Shown in pieces: positions 1-9,778 of a stretch of 64,000 bases of DNA. The stretch is taken from IMG/VR virus record IMGVR_UViG_3300043409_001427, positions 1 through 64,000 of that record; one strand, 5' to 3'. The position numbers and the translations under genes are program-made. Position 1 is the stretch's first letter, and each line of letters opens with the position of its first letter. This DNA comes from a virus. The notes beneath the pieces are model-generated. The model had not been told where the DNA came from, did not search any database, and was given only the letters and a program-made list of their open reading frames with translations.

Positions 1-18
1 AGTATTTATCCAAAACAG

Positions 19-47
19 TTGCGTTAAATTATAATCACTGTTATACT
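19..47 (+). promoter_or_regulatory. sigma70-type early promoter (extended -10), probably leaderless
   Basis: TTGCGT(19-24)-N17-TATACT(42-47) with TG at 39-40; in-frame ATG at 53. Confidence 0.55.
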
Positions 48-52
48 TGTTC

Positions 53-343
53 ATGAATGAATTATTTAAACCTACATTATATTGGATCAAAGATGACTTT
101 AAGTCTAACCGAGTTCGCTTTATTATTGAGTTGCTTGCTTGGGCTATTAGTATTGGTTGCGCTATCACTATGGCAGTCACGGTCCCCACTCCTCCGCTTC
201 TTACTCTTTATCCTATTTGGATCGCTGGCTGTGCTATGTATGCTTGGGCTAGTTGGACTAGGAAATCTTTTGGCATGCTCGCTAACTATATATTGTTAGT
301 AAGTATCGATTCTGTTGGTCTGATACGAATGTTGACTAAATAA
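53..343 (+). CDS. small multi-TM membrane protein (PQ-loop/PnuC-like hypothetical)
   Basis: About 96-aa ORF with three hydrophobic helices; ATG at 53 preferred over TTG at 47, which overlaps the -10 box. Confidence 0.55.
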   Translation: MNELFKPTLYWIKDDFKSNRVRFIIELLAWAISIGCAITMAVTVPTPPLLTLYPIWIAGCAMYAWASWTRKSFGMLANYILLVSIDSVGLIRMLTK

Positions 344-350
344 TTTTGAG

Positions 351-412
351 AAAGGTTTGATCAGCCACAAATGATCACTTTGGTATGTGCAAGCCGCAAA
401 TTGCATAAGGAG
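351..412 (+). promoter_or_regulatory. twin-hairpin putative translational operator of the DNA polymerase gene
   Basis: TGATCA-GCCACAAA-TGATCA (358-377) and TGTGCAA-GCCGCAAA-TTGCATA (386-407) directly abut SD AAGGAG (407-412). Confidence 0.65.
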
Positions 413-419
413 ATGAGCA

Positions 420-3089
420 ATGAGTTATATCGATGCGTTATGGGATCGAGAGAAAGACATCATACAAGTTGTCGAACGCGATCCAAAAAAGGGTAGGATC
501 TATCAAACTTATCCTGCTAGGTATTTGTTTTATTACCCGGACCAACGGGGCAAATATAAATCAATCTACGGCGAAAACCTTAGCAAGGTAAGTGCTAAGA
601 GTTACAAAGAATTCCAAAAAGAACAAAGAATCCACAGCAGTCACAAACTTTACGAAAGTGACATCAATCCGGTTTTCCGTTGCCTTGAAGAAAACTATCT
701 AGGTAAAGATTCTCCAAAACTAAATGTAGCGTTTTGGGATATTGAGGTAGACTTTGATCCAGAGCGTGGCTACGCAAGTCCAGACGATGCGTTCATGCCA
801 ATTACTGCCATTGCTGTACATTTGCAATGGATGGATACATTAGTATGTCTTGCAGTACCTCCAAAAACACTTACAATGGAACAGGCAGAAGAACAGGTTA
901 AAGACTTTCCTAACACTATGTTATTTGAAACCGAATACGAGATGTTAGACACATTCTTAGACCTTATACAAGATGCAGATATTTTAAGTGGATGGAACAG
1001 TGAGGGCTTTGACATGCCCTATACTGTAAACAGGGTTATTAAGGTACTAAGCAAAGAAGATACTCGAAGATTCTGTTTGTTTGGAGCGATGCCCAAAAAA
1101 CGAGAGTATGAAAAATATGGGAAGCAGGCTGTTACTTATGACCTTGTTGGTCGTGTTCACCTAGACAGTCTCGAGCTGTACCGCAAGTATACATATGAAG
1201 AACGGCACACCTACCGATTGGACGCGATTGGAGAAATGGAAATAGGTGAGTCAAAAACAGTCTATGAAGGTACGCTAGATCAACTTTACAACAACGACTT
1301 TAAAAAGTTTATTGAATACAATAGGCAAGACTGTGCGTTGTTGGACAAGTTAGATAAGAAGTTAAAGTTTATTGATCTCGCTAATACTGTTGCTCACGAA
1401 TGTACTGTGCTACTACAAACCACAATGGGTGCTGTAGCTGTTACTGAACAGGCTATTGTAAATGAGGCACACCATCGTGGCATGATTGTTCCAAGTCGGA
1501 CCAAGCGTGAAGAAGGTGCAAGCAGTCAGGCGGCGGGTGCGTATGTTGCATATCCTAAAAAAGGATTGCACGACTACATTGGTTCGATGGACATCAACTC
1601 ACTATATCCGTCTGTTATTCGTGCGTTGAACATGGGTCCGGAGACTATTATTGGTCAGTTGCGGCAAGAGTATACACAAACAGAAATTGATGCCAAGATA
1701 GCCAAGGGGTCTAGTTTTGCGGCTGCTTGGGAAGGCAAGTTTGGTAGTAACGAATACGAATTTGTTATGGCAAAAGATCGCACACACGACATTATTGTTG
1801 ACTGGGAGAACGGGTCTACTGATGTTATGAGTGGGGCACAGATTTACGAAGTAATATTCGAAAGCCAAAAGCCTTGGATGCTAAGTGCTAACGGAACTAT
1901 CTTTACCTACGAGAATGAAGGTATTATTCCCGGGTTGCTGAAACGATGGTATTCCGAACGAAAAGAAATGCAGTCCAAATTAAAAGATGCTATTAAAGCA
2001 GAGAATAAAATTGAAGAAGAATATTGGGATAAGAGACAGTTGGTTAAGAAAATTAATCTCAATAGCTTGTACGGTGCTATTCTTAACATGGGCTGTAGGT
2101 TCTTTGATGATCGGATTGGGCAATCTACAACTCTTACCGGCCGACAAATTGCTCGTCATATGGCCGCAAAAATAAATGAAGTTGTAACAGGTGAGTACAA
2201 TCATACAGGCAAGGCTATTATCTATGGTGATACAGACTCTGCATATTTTAGTGCCTATGGCAGTTTAAAAAATGAAATCGCTAAAGGACAGATTGCATGG
2301 GATAAAGATACTGTAGTTCAACTGTATGATACTATTGCCACCGAAGTTAATAGTACCTTTCCACAAATGATGGTAGATTATTTCCATTGTCCTAAGAGCC
2401 GTGGGGAAGTTATCAAAGCTGGTCGAGAAATTGTTGCTATCAAAGGGCTGTTCATTACTAAGAAGCGGTATGCTGTATTGTATTATGACAAAGAAGGCAA
2501 GCGCAGTGATGTAGATGGAAAACCTGGTAAAATTAAAGCAATGGGCTTAGATTTGAAGCGGAGTGATACTCCAGAATTTATGCAAAAGTTCTTGGAAGAG
2601 CTTCTAACTAAAGTACTTAACGGTAGCCAAGAAAAAGAAATTCTAGATCGGATCAGCGAGTTCCGGACAGAGTTTAAGGCTCGCCCAGGTTGGGAAAAAG
2701 GTAGTCCAAAACGGGCTAACAATATTGCAGAGTATCAAGAAAAGGAAGTTAAACAAGGTAAAGCCAATATGCCCGGACATGTCCGTGCAAGTATTAATTG
2801 GAATACTCTGAAGCGAATGAATGGTGACAAATATAGCCAACAGATCGTTGACGGAATGAAAGTGATTGTTTGCAAAGTAAAACCTAATCCATTAGGATTT
2901 ACTAGTGTAGCATACCCCACTGACGAACTAAGACTTCCCCGTTGGTTTCAGGACTTACCATTTGACGACGGGGCGATGGAATCAACCATTATCAATAATA
3001 AGCTAGAAAATCTCATTGGAGTACTTGAATGGGATCTAGACAGCACAACTGACAATAATACATTTGGCAACTTATTCTCTTTTGAATAA
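420..3089 (+). CDS. gp43: family B DNA polymerase (T4 gp43-like) with 3'-5' exonuclease
   Basis: ExoI WDIE, ExoII WNSEGFD, ExoIII YNRQD, DINSLYPS, KINLNSLYG, YGDTDS, KKRY; no intein visible. Confidence 0.97.
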   Translation: MSYIDALWDREKDIIQVVERDPKKGRIYQTYPARYLFYYPDQRGKYKSIYGENLSKVSAKSYKEFQKEQRIHSSHKLYESDINPVFRCLEENYLGKDSPKLNVAFWDIEVDFDPERGYASPDDAFMPITAIAVHLQWMDTLVCLAVPPKTLTMEQAEEQVKDFPNTMLFETEYEMLDTFLDLIQDADILSGWNSEGFDMPYTVNRVIKVLSKEDTRRFCLFGAMPKKREYEKYGKQAVTYDLVGRVHLDSLELYRKYTYEERHTYRLDAIGEMEIGESKTVYEGTLDQLYNNDFKKFIEYNRQDCALLDKLDKKLKFIDLANTVAHECTVLLQTTMGAVAVTEQAIVNEAHHRGMIVPSRTKREEGASSQAAGAYVAYPKKGLHDYIGSMDINSLYPSVIRALNMGPETIIGQLRQEYTQTEIDAKIAKGSSFAAAWEGKFGSNEYEFVMAKDRTHDIIVDWENGSTDVMSGAQIYEVIFESQKPWMLSANGTIFTYENEGIIPGLLKRWYSERKEMQSKLKDAIKAENKIEEEYWDKRQLVKKINLNSLYGAILNMGCRFFDDRIGQSTTLTGRQIARHMAAKINEVVTGEYNHTGKAIIYGDTDSAYFSAYGSLKNEIAKGQIAWDKDTVVQLYDTIATEVNSTFPQMMVDYFHCPKSRGEVIKAGREIVAIKGLFITKKRYAVLYYDKEGKRSDVDGKPGKIKAMGLDLKRSDTPEFMQKFLEELLTKVLNGSQEKEILDRISEFRTEFKARPGWEKGSPKRANNIAEYQEKEVKQGKANMPGHVRASINWNTLKRMNGDKYSQQIVDGMKVIVCKVKPNPLGFTSVAYPTDELRLPRWFQDLPFDDGAMESTIINNKLENLIGVLEWDLDSTTDNNTFGNLFSFE

Positions 3090-3097
3090 AAAAGTTG

Positions 3098-3126
3098 TTG
3101 ACTTTATCATTAAATCTAAATATACT
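3098..3126 (+). promoter_or_regulatory. sigma70 promoter overlapping a TAAATA late box
   Basis: TTGACT-N17-TATACT; TAAATA at 3117-3122. Confidence 0.75.
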
Positions 3127-3144
3127 AACTGAAAGGACATTTAT

Positions 3145-3879
3145 ATGAAATCTATTTTACAAGACATCGTTGCTCATACTAACAAACTAGGCTTTTTGAA
3201 CATCGTAAAGATCACTGGCACATCCGATAAAACTCTTATCGATTCTATGGCTGATGACCGAAGCGTTATCATGTATGCCGAAACAACAAATCCACAACCG
3301 GAAATGATCGGTACATATGGAATGCCACAATTAGAAAAACTTCGTTATCTAGTTGACGGTAAAGAATACCAAGAAGATGCAACTATCGAAGTTATGACAG
3401 CAGATCGAAATGGTGAAACATTGCCGGTGGGCTTGCACTTTGAAAATAAAGACGGCGACTTTAAAAACGACTATCGTTTTATGAATCAAGAAATTATTAA
3501 CGAGAAACTGAAGACCGTTAAGTTTCGCGGGGTTAACTGGCATGTTACAGTTGCTCCTACTGTTGCCGCTGTTCAGCGTTTTGGTTTCCAAGCAGGTGCT
3601 AATACAGAGCACACAACATTCCTAGCAAAAACGGATGGTGATAAACTTGTGTTTACTTTTGGTGATCAAAGCAGTCACGGTGGCGAGTTTGTATTTGCTA
3701 CGGGTATTACAGGTAAGCTATCAAAGGCATGGACATGGCCAGTTAATAGTGTGTTGAGCATTTTGAAGATTGCAGATGCTAACAATACTACAGTAAGTTT
3801 TAGCGATGAAGGTGCTATGCAGATTACTTTAGATAGTGGTCTCGCTGTTTACAAATATATTATTCCTGCAAATACATGA
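3145..3879 (+). CDS. gp45: DNA polymerase sliding clamp (gp45/PCNA-like)
   Basis: 244 aa, directly after polB, beta-rich two-domain pattern ending YKYIIPA as in clamp subunits. Confidence 0.7.
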   Translation: MKSILQDIVAHTNKLGFLNIVKITGTSDKTLIDSMADDRSVIMYAETTNPQPEMIGTYGMPQLEKLRYLVDGKEYQEDATIEVMTADRNGETLPVGLHFENKDGDFKNDYRFMNQEIINEKLKTVKFRGVNWHVTVAPTVAAVQRFGFQAGANTEHTTFLAKTDGDKLVFTFGDQSSHGGEFVFATGITGKLSKAWTWPVNSVLSILKIADANNTTVSFSDEGAMQITLDSGLAVYKYIIPANT

Positions 3880-4244
3880 TCAAAGGATTACGAGGCGATC
3901 AAGGTATTACGGTTAGTGGCGGCGATACTGCTGTTCCTTATATTAACCAAAATACCACCAACCCCATGCAAGGCATGATGCGAGTCTGGGGAGCGGACCT
4001 GCAGACATTTGATGGCAGCAATTGGATTTGTATGAATTCCAGTTATGCCACTGTAAGTTTAGATCCAGAGTTACAAGTATTATTAGATTGGGTTAAATCA
4101 AAACAACGACAAGAAATTGAATTGTTAGAATTAGCCGTAAAAAACGAAGCAGTGCGTATTGCATTAGAAAATGTAAAAAAGGCACAAGATCAACTTACCA
4201 TAACAGCACATTTATCGAGAGAACATGAAACAGTTACCAGTTAA
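3876..4244 (+). CDS. hypothetical protein
   Basis: ATGA overlap with clamp gene; C-terminal coiled coil. Confidence 0.7.
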   Translation: MIKGLRGDQGITVSGGDTAVPYINQNTTNPMQGMMRVWGADLQTFDGSNWICMNSSYATVSLDPELQVLLDWVKSKQRQEIELLELAVKNEAVRIALENVKKAQDQLTITAHLSREHETVTS

Positions 4245-5871
4245 TTTAACACCACTACAAAAAGACTATGCTGTCTATTTGCCAGCTATTAGCTCTTTCT
4301 ATAGCACCTATGTTGCTAAACAGCGACTAGAAGAATTTGTACCTAAAGATCGTATTCCTCCGGGATTTGATCGCGGCATTGAAGGTATGAACTTTCTTAA
4401 CCCGGAACAAGGATACTTTACTTATAAGTATGCTCTTTATTCTGCAGGTCATGCACAACTAGATCTAGAAAAAAGTGTAGAACAAGAATCAATGATCCAA
4501 CAACGAGATCGTGCCAATACCATGATACTTGGCGACTCAGGTGGATACCAAATTGGTAAGGGTGTGTTGAAGTTTGATTGGTTAAACTTTGAAGGACCAG
4601 AAGCTAACAAGACTCGTAAAAAGATTTTAGAGTGGTTAGAATTGACTGCCGATTGGTCAATGATGCTCGATGTGCCAACCTGGGCCTGTGACCATATACA
4701 TAGTCCAAAGACAGGCCTTAAAACTTTTGAAGATTGCCTAGATAAGACAAAATTCAATAATGATTACTTCTTAAAGAATAAATTAGGACAGACTAAATGG
4801 CTCAATGTATTGCAAGGGTCAAATTGGGAAACAGCCGAAGCATGGTATGATGGTGTTAAGGAATTTAGTGATCCGAACGGACCTTATGCCGGCAGAGAAG
4901 CAGAAGGTTGGGCATTTGGTGGTGCCAATATGTGCAAAATGGATATTACTCTTAAGCGTCTAATGACTCTTAGAGAAGACGGTTTGCTGAAGGGCAAAAA
5001 CTGGATCCACTTCTTGGGTACAGCGCAACTTGACTGGAGTTGCTACTTAACTTTAATTCAAAGGGAAATCAGGAAACATGTCAACGAAGAAATTACCATA
5101 TCTTTTGATTGCGCCTCACCGTTTATCGCAACAGCACACGGACTTGTCTACACAAATGCCGTCCACACACCAAAACGGTGGAGCGTTATTATGGACAAAG
5201 CCCCAGACAACAAATCATTGTCAGGAAGCGATATCCCGTTCCCATTCGAATCAACGATTGGTCGCAGGCTAACAATGGCAGACATCGCCTACTATAACTT
5301 AGGTGTTCGTAAAACGGATGCCGAGTTAGGTGTAGGTCCAAGGGGTGGAAAAATTGAGTTTGATCACTTAAACCCCGAACACTACCATGTAGTTCCCAAA
5401 CTTAATAAGCTAGGTAAGATTCCAAATAGAACAAGTTGGGATAGTTTTGCCTACGCACTCATGATGGGTCATAATGTTGAGTGTCATATTGTTGCTGTAC
5501 AACGGGCACAACAGTTAATGGACATTGAAATTACTAAGACCAAAGATAAACTTTCTTGGAAGCATTGGAAAAAAGTTAAAACTCAAGATATGAGTGATGA
5601 GTATTCAGACTGGGTACCTCGCAATATTTTATATTTTAATTCCTTTGTGGCAGAGTTGTTTAATACAACATCTAAAGACGAAGCATTTAAAATGATTGAG
5701 CAGGCAAAGCCTTTCTTGAAAACATTAGAAGGTGCTCGACTACAAGGTGGTCCTGCTGATAATGTATTTGACAACTTATTCCAAGTCGAAGAAAAGATAC
5801 AGGATCAGATCGATTTTGCGAATCCCGATGATGATAATCTTCGAGCATTGAAAGACGAGTTAGAAGCATAA
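4225..5871 (+). CDS. dpdA: DpdA-like (TGT superfamily) DNA guanine transglycosylase
   Basis: TGT motifs DSGGYQ, MMLDVP, NVLQG, WAFGG, HFLG, SFDCASP, GHNV; clustered with QueD-like and QueE genes. Confidence 0.85.
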   Translation: MKQLPVNLTPLQKDYAVYLPAISSFYSTYVAKQRLEEFVPKDRIPPGFDRGIEGMNFLNPEQGYFTYKYALYSAGHAQLDLEKSVEQESMIQQRDRANTMILGDSGGYQIGKGVLKFDWLNFEGPEANKTRKKILEWLELTADWSMMLDVPTWACDHIHSPKTGLKTFEDCLDKTKFNNDYFLKNKLGQTKWLNVLQGSNWETAEAWYDGVKEFSDPNGPYAGREAEGWAFGGANMCKMDITLKRLMTLREDGLLKGKNWIHFLGTAQLDWSCYLTLIQREIRKHVNEEITISFDCASPFIATAHGLVYTNAVHTPKRWSVIMDKAPDNKSLSGSDIPFPFESTIGRRLTMADIAYYNLGVRKTDAELGVGPRGGKIEFDHLNPEHYHVVPKLNKLGKIPNRTSWDSFAYALMMGHNVECHIVAVQRAQQLMDIEITKTKDKLSWKHWKKVKTQDMSDEYSDWVPRNILYFNSFVAELFNTTSKDEAFKMIEQAKPFLKTLEGARLQGGPADNVFDNLFQVEEKIQDQIDFANPDDDNLRALKDELEA

Positions 5872-5886
5872 TAAAGGAAAACTAAA

Positions 5887-6105
5887 ATGGCAACACACAA
5901 AAAGAAAACTGAATCTACCGATACTTTACCTAACATCATCCGCGGAAGCCATAGTACACGAACAGAGTATCCAGATGGTCGAGTTGAATTTGAAACACAC
6001 TGGGACGAGCTAGTGAGCGATGTTCAAATGGCTATTTTAAGTGCGGAAAGTAGAATTCCAGTAGCAGCCGAAAAACCAAAAAGAAAACGCAAAGAAAAAT
6101 TATAA
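5887..6105 (+). CDS. hypothetical protein
   Basis: AAGGA SD; fills gap in operon. Confidence 0.6.
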   Translation: MATHKKKTESTDTLPNIIRGSHSTRTEYPDGRVEFETHWDELVSDVQMAILSAESRIPVAAEKPKRKRKEKL

Positions 6106-6125
6106 CATTTTGGTAATCATTGTGT

Positions 6126-6154
6126 TTGACTTTCAGGTTAAATTACAGTATACT
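6126..6154 (+). promoter_or_regulatory. sigma70 early promoter
   Basis: TTGACT-N17-TATACT. Confidence 0.75.
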
Positions 6155-6183
6155 AATAACATATTAACAAGAAGGACACGCAG

Positions 6184-6375
6184 TTGAATAACCCAAAAAT
6201 TATCGTCAATTTTGCTCCTGGTGCGTTTGATGACTTTGAAGGCACACAAGAAGAACTCGACTCACTGGTTAATGAAATTACCAAAACTTTTCAAAACATA
6301 TCACCTGAAAAATTGTTAGAAGATTCAATTCTAACTGATTGGGAATCTACTTCTAGCCAAAGGTCTTTACAATGA
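6184..6375 (+). CDS. small acidic hypothetical protein
   Basis: AAGGA SD, TTG start, ATGA overlap with next gene. Confidence 0.55.
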   Translation: MNNPKIIVNFAPGAFDDFEGTQEELDSLVNEITKTFQNISPEKLLEDSILTDWESTSSQRSLQ

Positions 6376-6890
6376 ACCGAGATTATACAAGTGGTGAACA
6401 GGACAATGTTTTATTTTTTACAGGGGTAGAAGTCGAACACACTCCTGCATATGGTAAAAAAACACTGTTTGTTACTGGTGTACAACCAGTTGAACACATT
6501 GCACTTAACTTAAACGGGGCAGAGCATATTTTCTTTGGTGCTAATCACAGTTTCAATCCCGCACACAACGATTATAATAATTGGAAGCAGTGGGACGATA
6601 TGATTACGCATTTCCTTGATAAAGGATACCTATGCTCGTTAGATATTCCACTTAGTGCCGTAGAAGAATTTCACGATGGCGGATTATGCGACTATAATAA
6701 TTTTATTCCGCAAATCCGAATTCCGTTGCCCTATATCAAGCTATGGAATTATAATACAATGATTAAGATTGACGATAAAGATTTTAAGGCAACTAATCCC
6801 GGTGTGTGGTCCCACAGTCTACATACACTAATGGATCGTAGTAAATTTACAGACTGGAATCAATATAAAAACGACGAGGTAATAAAATGA
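6372..6890 (+). CDS. hypothetical protein within the deazaguanine cluster
   Basis: 172-aa globular ORF (GVEVEHTP, HIFFGANHSF), translationally coupled. Confidence 0.75.
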   Translation: MNRDYTSGEQDNVLFFTGVEVEHTPAYGKKTLFVTGVQPVEHIALNLNGAEHIFFGANHSFNPAHNDYNNWKQWDDMITHFLDKGYLCSLDIPLSAVEEFHDGGLCDYNNFIPQIRIPLPYIKLWNYNTMIKIDDKDFKATNPGVWSHSLHTLMDRSKFTDWNQYKNDEVIK

Positions 6891-7096
6891 TTAACGCTAA
6901 AGTTAGCAAAGGTGCTCCCAAAGATGACGCCCAAGAAAGACTTTTTAAATTGCTAGAAAGTATGGATTGGAAATTGTGGGAGATGTATAACATGATGAAG
7001 GATCTACATCAATCCGAGACCGGAGGCTATTTGCCGGGTACTCCGACTGTTGTTGCTAAAGATACTAAAAAGAAATCAGCAGATGACTCCAAGTAA
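6887..7096 (+). CDS. hypothetical protein
   Basis: GAGG SD, ATGA overlap. Confidence 0.55.
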   Translation: MINAKVSKGAPKDDAQERLFKLLESMDWKLWEMYNMMKDLHQSETGGYLPGTPTVVAKDTKKKSADDSK

Positions 7097-7493
7097 TTCA
7101 ATGATTTGGGTAACCTTCCAAAAAGAAGGTGTTCATAAATACCCTGTAGCACTAACTGATCCTAAGTTAGCAACAGGAGATGAATATGATGTATCGTTTT
7201 TGGGTTATCCTCATCGCCATATCTTTCATTTCAGGGTGTGGATCACTGTGTTCCACGATGATAGGGACATCGAGTTCATCCAGTTCAAACGCTGGTGTGA
7301 GTCACTGTATAATAGTCAAGTTCCAGTTTTAGATCTTGATTACAAATCCTGCGAAATGATTGCAAAAGATTTACATGCGACCATTTTTGCAAGATATCCA
7401 GATCGTGAGATCTGGATAGAAGTAAGCGAGGACGGTGAAAACGGATGTTTCATTAAATTTCCTAATCGCGAAGACCTAGGTTTCCATTCTTAA
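7083..7493 (+). CDS. dpdL: QueD-like T-fold protein with LxxxHRHxF signature (DpdL-type, putative CDG decarboxylase)
   Basis: EGVH...LGYPHRHIF...SCEMIA...VSEDGENG matches the QueD fold but lacks the CxxxHGH motif of true QueD. Confidence 0.7.
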   Translation: MTPSNSMIWVTFQKEGVHKYPVALTDPKLATGDEYDVSFLGYPHRHIFHFRVWITVFHDDRDIEFIQFKRWCESLYNSQVPVLDLDYKSCEMIAKDLHATIFARYPDREIWIEVSEDGENGCFIKFPNREDLGFHS

Positions 7494-7530
7494 AAACAAT
7501 TCGTTAATTTTAAAAGGTATTAAAAATATC

Positions 7531-7752
7531 ATGTCAGTTCCTGCATATATTCAAAAAACTCTTCGTATGAAGCCCGAAGTTGCTAAAATCTTTGAAGACC
7601 TTGAGGCATGGCACGGAGAGTGTCGTCTTAACCTTACCAAGTTTGATCCAAAAGATCTTTATAGGTCCCAGGGATATAAAGATTGGCAAAAGAATGTTGA
7701 ATATGCTACTCGTAAACATAAGCGAGAAAACAAGTATCGTAACGGAAATTAA
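7531..7752 (+). CDS. small basic hypothetical protein
   Basis: AAGG SD; fills gap. Confidence 0.55.
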   Translation: MSVPAYIQKTLRMKPEVAKIFEDLEAWHGECRLNLTKFDPKDLYRSQGYKDWQKNVEYATRKHKRENKYRNGN

Positions 7753-7755
7753 TCT

Positions 7756-8829
7756 ATGTCTACTATCTTTCTAGTTGACTTAGAAAGCGTAGAAACCAGG
7801 TATACGGGTCAATGGAAGACCCATATACCTAATCTTTTACGAAAGGCAGGTCACGATGTTAGAATTATTACTGGTCCAGAGGATATCCCAAGTGCTACTA
7901 CTCCTGGCGCTTTTCTCAATTTTGGTGGAACCAATATCTATAAGGCAGTACAAGTTGAAAAAATGGGTAGACTTTTCTGCGATGGACAAGTTAAATCTGG
8001 TGATCACTTTATCTTTACTGATGCTTGGCATCCTGGTGTCATAAACTTAAAGTATATGAGTGAGTTACTGGATATTCCAGTAACTATACATGGCTTGTGG
8101 CATGCTGGCAGTTATGATCCTCAAGACTTCCTAGGACGGCTTGTTGGTGCTAAACCTTGGGTAAGACACGCTGAAAAGAGTTTCTTCCACTCATTTGATT
8201 ATAACTACTTTGCTACAGAGTTTCATATTAACATGTTTACTGAAAACTTGTTCCATGATACTCTTACTCCGCCAAACTATTATACCAATCAAAGTAAAAT
8301 TGTACGCACAGGTTGGCCTATGGAATATATGGATTCAACATTGAATCTTTATAAAGGTATGCCCAAGCGCGATCTTATATTGTTTCCACATCGTATTGCT
8401 CCAGAAAAACAAGTTGAAATATTCCGTGACTTAAAAGAACACCTGCCTCAATACGAATTTGTTGTTTGTCAAGATCAACAATTATCTAAAAATGAATATC
8501 ATAATTTGCTAGGCGAAGCTAAGATCGTGTTCAGTGCTAACTTACAAGAAACACTTGGTATCAGTTGTTACGAGGGTGCTGTAGTAGATGCTATTCCTAT
8601 GGTTCCGGATCGCCTGTCATATACAGAAATGTACTATGATGGATTTAAATATCCTAGCCAATGGACTGAGAGCTTTGATAGTTATCTAAAATTTAGGCAG
8701 CAACTTTGCCATCATATCATAACAACAATGACTCATTATGAAAAGCGGATTCCCCAGCTTAGAAAACAAACACAAGATCTAACTGAAAATTTCTTTTCAT
8801 GTCAAACCTTGTTAAGTAAATTAAATTAA
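7756..8829 (+). CDS. GT-B (GT4-like) glycosyltransferase
   Basis: WHAGSYD, FPHRIAPEK, EX7E motif ETLGISCYE followed by PMVPDRLSY. Confidence 0.85.
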   Translation: MSTIFLVDLESVETRYTGQWKTHIPNLLRKAGHDVRIITGPEDIPSATTPGAFLNFGGTNIYKAVQVEKMGRLFCDGQVKSGDHFIFTDAWHPGVINLKYMSELLDIPVTIHGLWHAGSYDPQDFLGRLVGAKPWVRHAEKSFFHSFDYNYFATEFHINMFTENLFHDTLTPPNYYTNQSKIVRTGWPMEYMDSTLNLYKGMPKRDLILFPHRIAPEKQVEIFRDLKEHLPQYEFVVCQDQQLSKNEYHNLLGEAKIVFSANLQETLGISCYEGAVVDAIPMVPDRLSYTEMYYDGFKYPSQWTESFDSYLKFRQQLCHHIITTMTHYEKRIPQLRKQTQDLTENFFSCQTLLSKLN

Positions 8830-8838
8830 AATATAATT

Positions 8839-9300
8839 ATGTTATTACAACTTCTTAATCGATTAGGCAGAAAACGGATCATTTATGATCGAGTATGTAA
8901 TGAACCATATCTTGAGAGATACTATCTTTTTTTAAAAGAGCGTAAGCGGTTTCCTTTCAATGTATTCTTGCATAAATTTTTAAAAGGAGATCCAGATGAT
9001 GTTCACGACCATCCATGGCCTTATGCGACTCTTATCCTTCGTGGAGGATATTATGAATGGATACCGCAGTTTAACTCCGATGGAACAAAGAATTGTGAGA
9101 TACGAAAGTGGCGCGGCCCTGGCCACTTTCGTATATGTAAGCCTACTTCTTACCATCGTGTTGAGTTAAAAGAAGGAGAGCCTGCTTGGACATTGTTTAT
9201 GCCGGGGCCGCATAAACGAGAGTGGGGATTTCTCGTAAAGAATAAATGGATACACAACGAACAATACTTAAAGGAACGATATGAACAAGCAAATAATTAA
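8839..9300 (+). CDS. cupin-fold metal-binding protein (cysteine-dioxygenase-like)
   Basis: LH...HDHPW...ILRGGYYE...YHRVEL...WTLF cupin pattern. Confidence 0.7.
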   Translation: MLLQLLNRLGRKRIIYDRVCNEPYLERYYLFLKERKRFPFNVFLHKFLKGDPDDVHDHPWPYATLILRGGYYEWIPQFNSDGTKNCEIRKWRGPGHFRICKPTSYHRVELKEGEPAWTLFMPGPHKREWGFLVKNKWIHNEQYLKERYEQANN

Positions 9301-9778
9301 TTACGAAAACTACCTTAATCATATTAGCAGTATATGTAGAGATATCTCTTTGAGCGATTGGCGGCCTGATTATATAGTTGGCATCACCCGGGGAGGATTA
9401 CTTCCTGCTGTTATGATTAGCCAATACTTTAGCATCCCTATGCAATCGTTAGATGTTAGTCTTAGAGATGGTGGGGCATGTGTAAGTAATCTTGGCATGG
9501 CTGAAGATGCGTATGAAGGTAAAAATATTCTTATTGTAGACGACATCAATGATAGGGGTGCTACATTAAATTGGATCATGGCAGACTGGCCAAGCGGGTG
9601 TTTTCCAGCCGATTTAAAATGGGACACTGTATGGAATAACAATGTTCGATTTGCTGTTGTTGTAGATAATCTTGCCAGTCGGTGTCGAGTAGGAATGGAC
9701 TATGTTGGCATGGAAGTTAACAAAGCAGAAAAAGATGTGTGGATCGAATTTCCCTACGAAGAGTGGTGGTCTAAGTAG
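9281..9778 (+). CDS. type I phosphoribosyltransferase (xanthine/guanine PRT-like)
   Basis: IVGITRGGLLPA and PRPP-binding ILIVDDINDRGAT; C-terminal WIEFPYE. Confidence 0.9.
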   Translation: MNKQIINYENYLNHISSICRDISLSDWRPDYIVGITRGGLLPAVMISQYFSIPMQSLDVSLRDGGACVSNLGMAEDAYEGKNILIVDDINDRGATLNWIMADWPSGCFPADLKWDTVWNNNVRFAVVVDNLASRCRVGMDYVGMEVNKAEKDVWIEFPYEEWWSK

